Virus record (IMG/VR): IMGVR_UViG_3300037042_000843
Coordinates: 1-26,150 of that record
Direction: 5' to 3' (one strand)
From: a virus
Taxonomy: Duplodnaviria > Caudoviricetes
DNA: 26,150 bases
A model generated the notes under the pieces. It was not told the origin of the DNA, made no database searches, and worked only from the letters and a program-made list of their open reading frames with translations. Positions 1 through 10,000 of this stretch are shown in pieces. Both the position numbers and the translations under genes were made by a program. The number at the start of each line of letters is the position of its first letter. Position 1 is the stretch's first letter.

Positions 1-1
1 A

Positions 2-664
2 ACTCAGAACAGATTCGTCAACTTAATATTTAGTTCTACAAATAACCCTACTAGCTGGGAGGTGGTATCAAATTGCAATAACTACGTGCTGAATGGAGGC
101 ACAAAGGGCAGTATATTCTCAATAACTGACTGTGACTCGATAACTAGGAACGTAACTGTAAACGTACAGACTGACGTTACTGTGTGTGCTACAGCACTTC
201 CTACACTTAGCTTCGGAGATGGAACGATAACAGCTGGTACTGCGTGCATGTCAAGCATACTTCCTCAAGGACTGTCGTTTGACACAAACACTGGGATACT
301 GTCAGGCACTCCTACAGAGGCGTGCGAGTATGCTATAACTGTTAACGCTACTAACTGCTTTGGTAATAGCGTTAACGCTACTGTAAATATATCTGTAGCA
401 ACTGGGATACAGTTGACACCGTTTGCAATTGACGTTGAGAACTTTAGCGACAACGGAGCTGGAGCTTGTGTATTGTCACCAGTGTACAGTCTACTTTATC
501 ATAACGGCATAGGTAATATTCCAGATGTAAACGACGATATATTCTTAGATCACAGAGGAATAGACTTGTTCATGGGCGGAAGCAGATGGTATAACATTGA
601 TATATCTACCTACTCTATAAAGATATGTGAGACTGGGAAAGTGTGTGACACTCACATCTGCTAG
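2..664 (+). CDS. C-terminal part of a virion/tail protein with a putative Ig (He_PIG-like) domain; 5' end lies outside the window
   Basis: The frame is open from nt 2, so the ORF-track GTG start at 62 is probably internal. LPQGLSFDTNTGILSGTPT...YAITVNATN matches the putative-Ig repeat pattern. The protein is Cys/Thr-rich and beta-type, and ends at TAG 662-664. Confidence 0.7.
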   Translation, partial: TQNRFVNLIFSSTNNPTSWEVVSNCNNYVLNGGTKGSIFSITDCDSITRNVTVNVQTDVTVCATALPTLSFGDGTITAGTACMSSILPQGLSFDTNTGILSGTPTEACEYAITVNATNCFGNSVNATVNISVATGIQLTPFAIDVENFSDNGAGACVLSPVYSLLYHNGIGNIPDVNDDIFLDHRGIDLFMGGSRWYNIDISTYSIKICETGKVCDTHIC

Positions 665-672
665 ATTTTAAC

Positions 673-680
673 TATCTTTG
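673..680 (+). promoter_or_regulatory. Bacteroidota sigma70 -7 box (TATCTTTG)
   Basis: Matches TAnnTTTG in the 20-nt gap between genes, 4 nt before ATG 685. The context CTATCTTTGCAGT is nearly identical to CTATCTTTGTAGT on the - strand at 23982-23994. No clear -33 TTG. Confidence 0.55.
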
Positions 681-684
681 CAGT

Positions 685-1437
685 ATGAGTGTTTATACAG
701 TTTCATATTCTGACCTATCCAAGGGATGGACATCCTTCTGGTCATACGAGCCAGAGTGGATGATAGGGATGAACAGTTCGTTCTACACGTGGAAGAATGG
801 TGAGCTGTATCAGCACAACAGCAACGCCACTAGGAATGCGTTCTACTATGACGTAGATAATGACGAGTACTTCACGTATCCATCATCCATACAGACAATA
901 TTCAATCAAGAGTACGCAGTTAATAAGATGTTCAAGTCTATAGCCATAGACAGCACAAAGGCTTGGGATGCTGACATAGTTACAGACATGTCTACTGGTC
1001 ACATGGACAGCTCATACTTCCAAGAGAAGGAGGGCATGTGGTACTCATACGTCAGGAGACTTGACACCGAGAACTACGACACAAGGTCTATATCAACACA
1101 AGGAATTGGATCGCTGTATAGTTACCTATCTCTAGTGTTAACCTTCTCTTTCAATATAGGGTCAGGTATATCTGTAGGTGATATGGTATATAAGATATCT
1201 GGAACTAATACACTTGTTCTGCTTGGAGAGGTTGCTTCACATACAGGTACCACTATAACACTAGTGTCTACCGCTGTAACGCCAGTTGCTGGAAACGTTA
1301 TAGTATACGTAAAGAACTCTCAGGCAGAAAGTTATGGAGCTAGGGGGTACTACATGGACCTTACACTTACGAACTACGACACGACAGAGACAGAGGTCTT
1401 TGCTGTAACATCGAACGTATTTATATCTAAGCCATAA
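685..1437 (+). CDS. Tail structural protein (stabilization/hub or nozzle C-terminal-like)
   Basis: GWTSFWSYEPEWMIG..FYTWKNGELYQHN, FN...NKMFKSI and F.EKEG.WY resemble the C-terminal region of Bacteroidota-phage tail stabilization proteins. It lies in the virion module. Confidence 0.6.
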   Translation: MSVYTVSYSDLSKGWTSFWSYEPEWMIGMNSSFYTWKNGELYQHNSNATRNAFYYDVDNDEYFTYPSSIQTIFNQEYAVNKMFKSIAIDSTKAWDADIVTDMSTGHMDSSYFQEKEGMWYSYVRRLDTENYDTRSISTQGIGSLYSYLSLVLTFSFNIGSGISVGDMVYKISGTNTLVLLGEVASHTGTTITLVSTAVTPVAGNVIVYVKNSQAESYGARGYYMDLTLTNYDTTETEVFAVTSNVFISKP

Positions 1438-1838
1438 TGGAAGTAAGGATGCTGATACCGTCAGATTATGACGCAATTCTTTCACCTTGGTGGGAGTCTT
1501 GGAACTGGACAGCTCCAGCAAAGGACATGCTACCAGAGGATGGATCTGGTGGCGTTATAGTATCAAAGAATGGAGAAAACATATGCGCTGGGTTTTTGTA
1601 CTTTACAAACTCAAAGACAGCGTGGCTAGAGTATGTTGTATCAAATAAGGAGTACAGAGATAACGATAGAAGAGAGGCAATAGAATTTTTAATTAATTGT
1701 TTAACATCTATTGCAAATGATAAAGGATATAAGTATATTTACACATCCTTAAAGAGCGCACCACTTGTCTTAAGATATGAGGCGTGTGGATTTATAAAAG
1801 GTGACGCAAAGTGTCAAGAAATGATAAAAATATTATAA
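1437..1838 (+). CDS. GNAT-fold acetyltransferase-like protein
   Basis: 133 aa with AGFLYFTNSKTAWLEYVVSNKEYR and L..RYEACGF, a GNAT-like strand/helix pattern. Translationally coupled to the previous gene (TAATG). Confidence 0.65.
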   Translation: MEVRMLIPSDYDAILSPWWESWNWTAPAKDMLPEDGSGGVIVSKNGENICAGFLYFTNSKTAWLEYVVSNKEYRDNDRREAIEFLINCLTSIANDKGYKYIYTSLKSAPLVLRYEACGFIKGDAKCQEMIKIL

Positions 1839-1839
1839 T

Positions 1840-2535
1840 ATGGCAGCAATAACATCAGCACTAGCAGCAGGAACAGCACTAGCAGGAGTCGGAATGAACA
1901 TAGCCCAAGCCGCAAAAGCTAATAAAGACAAGAAGGCAGCTCAAGGAGCAGCATCAGCAGCGGCAGCTGCTATGAAGAACATTAAGGAAGTTAATCAGTA
2001 CGCTCAGGTTCAAGTTCCTACGCTAGGATTTGAGTTAGCACAGCAAGGAATAGACCGTTCAGCTGCGTCTGCACTTCAATCAGCTCAAGGAGCTGGTGCT
2101 GAAGGAGTAATTGGTGCTGCTGGTCAGATTCAACAAGCTGTTGGTGCGTCTGAGTTAGATCTTGCAGCACAAGCTGGTGACTTAAAGCTACAAAGAGACA
2201 TGGCGCAAGCAGAGGCTGGAACTGGTATTGAACAAAGAAGAGCTGAAAGAGAGAGCGATATATATTCAGCTGAACTTACTGGAGCACAAGATGCAGCAGC
2301 AGCTGCACAGACTGCTAAGGTTAACGCAATAACTGGGGCTGTACAAGGAGCTGGGTCAGCAGTTACATCACTTGGTTCAATGGGTGAGGCATATAAGCAG
2401 TCTAAAAGTAAAATTTTAAAAAATAAAATTGGAAATTATGGTGATGTTCCAACTGCTATAACAGAACAAGATTATAATAAAAATGCAGGTACAGCACTTA
2501 ATAATACATATGGATGGTTTGGATTAGGAGGATAA
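1840..2535 (+). CDS. Putative internal virion / DNA-ejection protein (Ala/Gln/Gly-rich)
   Basis: Hydrophobic Ala/Gly N-terminus (MAAITSALAAGTALAGVG) followed by a helical A/Q-rich body. Sits immediately after the tail genes, like podovirus ejection proteins. Confidence 0.6.
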   Translation: MAAITSALAAGTALAGVGMNIAQAAKANKDKKAAQGAASAAAAAMKNIKEVNQYAQVQVPTLGFELAQQGIDRSAASALQSAQGAGAEGVIGAAGQIQQAVGASELDLAAQAGDLKLQRDMAQAEAGTGIEQRRAERESDIYSAELTGAQDAAAAAQTAKVNAITGAVQGAGSAVTSLGSMGEAYKQSKSKILKNKIGNYGDVPTAITEQDYNKNAGTALNNTYGWFGLGG

Positions 2536-2552
2536 TAAATCAATAGAAAATT

Positions 2553-3995
2553 ATGGCAATAGAATATTCAGGATACGTAGCACCTAAACAAGTTGACTGG
2601 GCAGCACTAAGTAGTGGGCTTGCTAAGTCATTTACAGATGTTGGTGAAGCTAAGGTAGCTAGACGTGAGGAGCTTGATAAGATTGCATCCGATAACATTA
2701 ATAAAATTAATGAGATAGAACAAGGTCAAAACCAAACGTTTGGTACTATGATACTTGACTTTCAAGATAACGGAAGGAATCAAATTAATGGATGGAACCA
2801 GCAACTAAAGGCTGGAACCATGACATCTGCTGACTACAAGAAAAGAATTAGCAACCTGAGCGACTACACTGGGATCCTTGCGTCATCTGCAAAGACTTTA
2901 GATGAAAGAATAAATACAGCAGTTCAAAGACAAGCTGACGGTGTGGCATCCTCTTATGAGATTGAGATGTTAAAAAATATTGGCTCAATGGCAGAGATAA
3001 AGGACTCTAAGTTCTTCGTCTCAGATAGCGGAACTATTGTATGGTCTAAAGTAGACCCAGTAACTGGTGCTATGGTAGGAGAGCCAAAGGACGTTAGAAC
3101 TCCTAGTCTTCCTCAGAACATGGTCGATAACAAGGTTGTTGTTACTGACTATGTAAAAGAGGCTACGAAGAACTGGAATACAAAGCAAATATTCACAGAT
3201 AAAGGTGGGGGTGCATACACAAACATTGAATCTGTAAAAGAACAACCATTTTACCAAGACATGATTGCTAAGGTTGCTATTGCCGCAACTAGCTCTCCTA
3301 GAGCTACATTAAGTATCCTTGCTGATAACGGTGTGATTGATCCAGTATTCTACAGCACAGAGGCTGAAAAGAAGGCAGCCATTAATGAACGATATGCTGA
3401 AATTGAAGAGCTAAATAGAGTTGCTAATAGAGACGCAGCAATTACTGATGCTCAAAGAAAGGAAGTAGAGAATAGCTTAGTTAAGAACACTATAGGTCCT
3501 GATGGGACATACAACCCAGAGCTTACTAAAGAACAAATAACGCTAGCTCAAGACCACGTCAAGCAAGAGGTCGACATGCAGATGCAAGTGAAGTTAGATG
3601 CTCAAGGACGAACTCAGTATGCTCCACAGAGGGATAATAACGGAGACAATAAAACAAATCCTAATGATTATTCGTTATACGAACAGTTATACAATAGTTG
3701 GGGTAGCCCTAATGGGTCTGAAGCATTAACTGCTCTTTCAGGTAATAAGTTTATATTTACACCATTAGGTGGTGGAGGATATAATGTTAAGCCATTAGAT
3801 GATTTAACTGGAGACGGTATTAATATTACAAATCAAAAAGATATGGCTCCATATTTCTTTGGAACGGGAACGGGAGCAAAGGGAACAACCGCAGCATTGG
3901 CTGCGTATGAAAAGCAATCTAAATTATATTGGAAATCTAGACAAGGTGGTGGTGTAACTACTACTCCTACTATTTCAAATGGAAACGTAAGATAA
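2553..3995 (+). CDS. Putative internal virion / ejection protein
   Basis: 480-aa largely helical ORF with an A-rich initiation region, between the small ejection-like protein and the giant protein. Confidence 0.5.
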   Translation: MAIEYSGYVAPKQVDWAALSSGLAKSFTDVGEAKVARREELDKIASDNINKINEIEQGQNQTFGTMILDFQDNGRNQINGWNQQLKAGTMTSADYKKRISNLSDYTGILASSAKTLDERINTAVQRQADGVASSYEIEMLKNIGSMAEIKDSKFFVSDSGTIVWSKVDPVTGAMVGEPKDVRTPSLPQNMVDNKVVVTDYVKEATKNWNTKQIFTDKGGGAYTNIESVKEQPFYQDMIAKVAIAATSSPRATLSILADNGVIDPVFYSTEAEKKAAINERYAEIEELNRVANRDAAITDAQRKEVENSLVKNTIGPDGTYNPELTKEQITLAQDHVKQEVDMQMQVKLDAQGRTQYAPQRDNNGDNKTNPNDYSLYEQLYNSWGSPNGSEALTALSGNKFIFTPLGGGGYNVKPLDDLTGDGINITNQKDMAPYFFGTGTGAKGTTAALAAYEKQSKLYWKSRQGGGVTTTPTISNGNVR

Positions 3996-4011
3996 TTAAA
4001 ATAAAATAAAT

Positions 4012-7000
4012 ATGGCAGATTCAAGACAAGCATTAAGAGATTTCGTTGCTACATCTAACAGTGGTAAGTATAAAAATGAAGACGAATTAATGTCTAAGTT
4101 TCCTGAATTAAAATCATACAGTAGACAAGCACTAAGAGATTTTGTTGCTACCTCTAACAGTGGAAAATACAAAAATGAAGACGAGCTTCTATCTAAGTTC
4201 CCTGAATTTAATGCAGTAAAAAAAAAAGAAGCTACGCCTGCTCCAAAAAAGAAGGGTGTTATATTTTCGCCCGTTACAAATCTGTTGGCATCTACTTCGG
4301 CTACATCAAAGCCAAAGACGGCTCAAAAGCCTTTGGTATCGTCTGGAGGAAATATTGATGACTCTAAGTACTATAAGTTTCCTGGACAGCAAGAAGCTAC
4401 ATACAAAAAAAGCAACAACAAGTGGTATGTAGACACTAACTCTACTGGAAAGTATCAGCCTCTTACAAAAGGAGATGTTAATGCTAGAGTTAAAAATTTA
4501 GAACAGAATGCAGTATTTGATGAGGATATAACATACTCAAAAAATAAGAGCATAGGTAAAATATTAGGAGCAACAGAAGGGGATCAAAATAATAAGGCAC
4601 TTCTTAGAGGAGAGGTATTTACTGGATTCCCAGGTAAAGAACAAAACAAGTATAGAATTATTGATGATAAATGGCAGTACAGTGTTCCTAAAGGTAGTGG
4701 ATACTCTAACTGGGCAGATGTAACTAATGATAACTCTATAAAGGCACTAAGTACTCAGTTTAATAAACTTGGTAAGTTAGATGTATCAAAGAATATAGAC
4801 TACATATCTGACTTTAAAGCTAAAAATTTACTTGGAGATAACGCTACAGAGCAACAACTAGCAGATAAAAAAGAATACTTTAACAATATTGAAAAGCAAA
4901 AAATACTTAGAGCGTCTGGATTTGATGTCCCATTAAATGGAAACTTAAAGGACCCTCAGACAGTTGCAGCATTTAAATTATTTGACGCTAAGATGGAATC
5001 TAAGTCAGCATCAAATAATAAAAACACACAGCTTAATGATAAAATAGATTCTGTTATTAATGCAAACTTAATAACAAATGATGAAGAGGCTGTAGTGTCT
5101 AAGTTAAGAAAAGAGTTTGGAGCTGATGGATTTATATTTGATGAGACTGGTATTGGAGATGCTATAACAGTATCTTATAGTATTGATGGAGTTCAAGAAA
5201 CAGAACCTATTACTATTGATCTACAGACTTTCAGAGGTGGTGCTCCTGAAATGCTTAAACTTCGGTCCTACATGAAGACAAAACATGTCGGTGACTATGA
5301 ACGAAAATTGATAGGAGCGGATACAGATGGAGAAGCTGCGGTAGGTACAGATGACAAGGTTAAGCATTATAGTGACTTAGTCAGTCTAATGGCTAAAAAT
5401 CCAGCTAAATATGGAACTGAACTTGTTCAAAGTGGAGAGATAGATAACATTACAGAGCAAGGATATAGAGATATAAAAGAAAAGTACACTGTTCTAGGAG
5501 AGGATTCAAAAAAGTTAGAGGAAAAAATAAACCAGTACAACTTAAATCCTACAAAAGAGTTAGAGTTATCTATAAATAATGATGCCAATAGATTAAAGCA
5601 AAGAGAGTACCAACTAAAAAGAGAAGTTGGTGTACTTAAAGGTATAGAGTCTAACTACTCAAAGGCAGTTGGAGCATACGCAAGCAAAAAAGAAAAGGAT
5701 GGTAGTTTTATTGGAGGGTTAACAGCATCATTTGGCAAAGGAATAGCTTCTATTCCAAAGACACTACTAAATGTAGCTACAGATGTAATGCCGTTAACAC
5801 TAAAAAATAATGGACTAAGCGACCAACAGTACGAGCAGTATAAGCAAGACGGTTTAACCGACTCAGATATAGCAAATAAGACATCTTCTATGCTTAAGCG
5901 TACAGTAGTGGAGGACGTAGAAAAAGGTATAATTAATATTGCATCTTTAGGTGGAACTACCAAAGAATACTTAGGGTCAGAAGATAGAGGCATAGTATCT
6001 CAGGCTGTAAATGCACTAGCTGAATCAATTGGAGCAAATATATCAGGCGGTGGAAATCCTATGCTACAAAAACTAGCGTTCTTTTCACAATCATACAACA
6101 ACATGGAATCACAAATGAGTGGCACTGAGTTTGATGATATGAACGCACTTGAGAAGAAAGGTATATCAGTTCTATACGGCATAGGTATTGGACAGTTAGA
6201 AAAACTTGGGTTCGATGTTTCAACTGGAATTGGCACAAATCCATTAATTCAAAAGTTCATAAACTATACAGTAGGCAATACATTAAAGAGTCTACCTAAG
6301 AATGCTTCTATTCATCTTATTGAAGAAGCTATATCAAAGAACATAAAGGCTAGCATTGCCTCTAACAGTATAAAAGTATTAGCAGGTGGTGTAGCAGAGG
6401 CTACTCCTGAGTTTGTACAGTCAATAGGTGAGGTAGGATTAAAGAATGTGGTTAACGCTATGCATGGTAAGGAGTACTTCCAAGATGTACCAGACTTAAC
6501 TACAGCAGACGGTATTAAAGAGGCACTATCATTGGCTAGCTATGATGCTCTTGTTGGAGGTATTGGTGGTTCTATAATGGGTTCATATAGTACGTATAAG
6601 TCAAATAGAAATACAGCAACAGCAGATAAGGACTTTGAGTTAATGAACGCTTCCCTTACTGATCCAGTTTTACTTAAGGCAGTTAAGAAAAATACAGTAG
6701 AGAGATTAAGAAGTGGTGCTATAAATAAAGAACAAGCACAAGCAGAGTACGCTGACATAGATAAATCTGTAGGTATATTAAAGACTATTCCTGCTAATCT
6801 GTCGAACAGAGAAAAGAGAGCGTCTTACGAGCTACTATTAGAGAAGAACAAACTAGAAAAAGAAATTGAAGGCAAGGACGTAAACCTTGTCGCAAAACAG
6901 AAGGCAAGAGTTGCCGAGATAAATAATCAACTAACAAAAATATCAGAAGATGCCACTAAAGAAAGCAACGTCCAAGAAGTCACAGCAGAAGGTAGTACAA

Positions 7001-10000
7001 GCGAATATCAAGGAACTAGTGAAGGACAACAAGAAGTCGGGATTAGCGAAGGGATCCAACGGGAAACCACGCAGCCAAGCACAGATCGTGGCGATAGCGT
7101 TGTCGCAAGCGAAGTACAGCAAGAAGAAGTAACTAGAAAAATTATCAATAGACCATCAACTCTATCTGAGTTTGGAGGTCAAAAATTTGATACACCTCTT
7201 CAAGGAGATACTTATATCGAAGGTCAACAAGTTATATTTGAAGATAGAGCTACTGGAAGAGTTTACGAACTTGGAAATGTAGATGAAGTTATAGATTCAC
7301 CTATAGCAGGTCTTAATACACAAGCTGAAACAGTAACTGTTACTAATGAAGGCAAAATATCTGTAGATGGAACTGTATGGAATACACAGCCTGATCTCCC
7401 AACTATGGGTATTGAATATAATCCAGTTGGAGAAGTTCAAAGAGTATCATTAAAAGATGATAACGGAAATACTACAATGTTCGAAGGACAGAAGGCTGTA
7501 GATATAGCATATCAAATTGAACTACAAAAAATTCAGTCACCAGAACAACAAAAACTTATTAACGATTTATTAGAACAAGATGAAGAATTTAAAACAGCAA
7601 CAGCAGATATCAAATTTACAGAAGCTCCAGTTACTATCCAAGAAGAAGCAGCTCCAAATATTGAACAGACTGTTGAACAAGACCAAGTAGCAACCTTAAG
7701 AGCTGAAGAACAAGCGGAGATTAAAGCTAAATTACCTAACGCTGAATATAAGGCTGATGGTAAAATAGATGTAGATAAATTATCTGTAAGTGATCAGCTT
7801 ATTTATGGTTCTATTTATATGAAGTACGACAAGCTGATTACTCCTTTGTTGCCTGCTAAAAAAACTGTTGAACAAACAGCAGAGATAAAAGCACTTGAGG
7901 ATCAAAGACAAGAAGCAGTTAATGAGCTGGATTCTTTATATACTGAATTAGAAGGTAAAGGATTAACCAATGAAGAGATAGTTAGTAATCCAGATTATCA
8001 GAAGGCGGTAGCTAAAGAACGTGAGTTATTCTTGAAGATAAATAAGCCTGCTACAAAAGAAGGTCCGACGGTAGAACAAGAGGTAGAGGCTATCGGACAG
8101 TTATTATCTGGTACTGATCAAGAGATTGACCAGAAGGCGTCTAAGATTTCAAATAAAAAAATATCTAAGGCTGTATCTAGAGCTGCTAAGGCTGTATCTA
8201 AGATTATTCCAGGTACTAAGTTTGTCGTTCATGATACAGATGAGTCATATAGAGCTGCTACAAAAGAGGAGGGATTAAAACAATCTTCAAATGGCGAGTT
8301 CAATGCAAAGACTAATACTATACATATAAATGGATCATCAGCTAATAATAGAACTGTAGCTCATGAGGTATTTCATGCTATCTTAATAAACAAGGTTAAG
8401 ACAAACAAGAACGCTGCCGACGTGACTAAACGAATGGTACAAGCTATCGCATCTAAGATAGACGGCAATCCAGAACTTAAGAAGAAGCTAGAGAACTTTA
8501 TATCGAGGTACGACGAGAATATTCAGAACGAAGAAAAGTTATCTGAACTAGTAGGAATGCTAGCTGAGAACTATAACTCATTCTCTACATCTGTTAAGGA
8601 CATAATTACTAGATGGATAGACAAGTTAGCAAACATATTTAGACTAGATCCGTTCAATAGAAACGAGACCTATGACATGCTTAAAACTATCGCAAAAAAA
8701 GTAGCTAAGGGTAAAGAAATTAGTGAGGCTGATGTAGAAATTTTAGGAGGAGATAGTGAAGTTGGTACATTCAATATTCCAGATGCAAGAAAACAAAATG
8801 TTGTAAAAAAATCTCCTAGTGTTGCAAATGATACAAGAGATTTTATAAAAGAATTTGTTCAAGATATAGATATTAGAGAATTTAATGGAAGTAAATTTGT
8901 TACTAATATGTATGATTATACCAATGCTGGTATAACTGATTTAGGTAATGGGTTTACTATTAATCTTTTAGGTGGTAAAAACTATGTACCACTTATGATG
9001 TCTATTAATAATAAAAAAATAGGAGACGTATCTAATCTTGCTGCTTTTAATACGAAGGCACAAGCTGAAACATTTATAAGAAATGTAGAAAAAAGTGGTT
9101 CTAATTTATTTGCTCCACATTCAGGAACTAAATCACAATCATGGCAATTTCAACAACATACTTTTGCTGAATTAGTTAGTTTAGTTTTAGATAAAAATAT
9201 TCTTACAAATAGAGAATTAATAGATACGTTTAATAATACTATACAAAATAATGCTGCTCTAAAAAACAAATTTAATACGTTTAAAAAGAGATATGGAAAA
9301 GATATAAATAATTTTGATACATTTGAATCTAACCCAAAAGAGATAGTTAATCTATTAGATATAGAAAACAATCTATCTCCAGACATAAGAAAGGCATTAA
9401 ATAATTCTATAGCATCAAATAAGAAATTTCAAGCAGCTATTGGGGTAAAAAATAAAGAAGAGTTCTATGATAGAATAATGGATCCACTTAATAAAGGAAT
9501 AGAAGGAGGAGAAATTATGTCTGTAGTTAAATTTGACCCTACAACATTTGAAATAGTAAAAACTTTACCAAGCAAAGAAGATCATCATCCATCATTTGGT
9601 TGGACAGTAATGGCAAAGATAGAAGCTGTTTATCAACCTACTGAATTTCATATGTCTGCAAATGTAACAGATACTTATACTAAACATAATCTTTCTGGTG
9701 AAGAGGTATCAAGAAAAGCTAATGAACCAAGTTTTGAACAAAAGAATGTTGCATCTAGTGCTGGAGCAATTCCTAAAGTAGCAGAGTTTAATATTGAAGA
9801 AGAAGTAACTGCTATTGAAGATTTAATGGAGACTCGTAAACAGATTACTCCTGAGATGATAGACATCAAAAAAGAAGCTGAATCAAACGGTACTTTTATG
9901 AAAGCTCCTAATGGGAAAGCATCTAATCTAAATGAATCACAGTGGACACAAGTAAGAACTGAGGCATTTAAGAAATGGTTTGGAGACTGGGAATCAGCTG

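Noticed and set aside
3598-3729. 43-codon +1-frame ATG ORF inside the 480-aa ejection-like gene
   Set aside because: No A-rich initiation context, no family resemblance, and the length is compatible with chance.
4254-4337. Small hairpins downstream of the slippery sites (GGGTG/CGCCC at 4254-4272; CCAAA..GGCT/AGCC..TTTGG at about 4312-4336) as frameshift stimulators
   Set aside because: The spacing does not fit the usual 5-9 nt from a slippery heptamer and the stems are weak, so they were not used as evidence.
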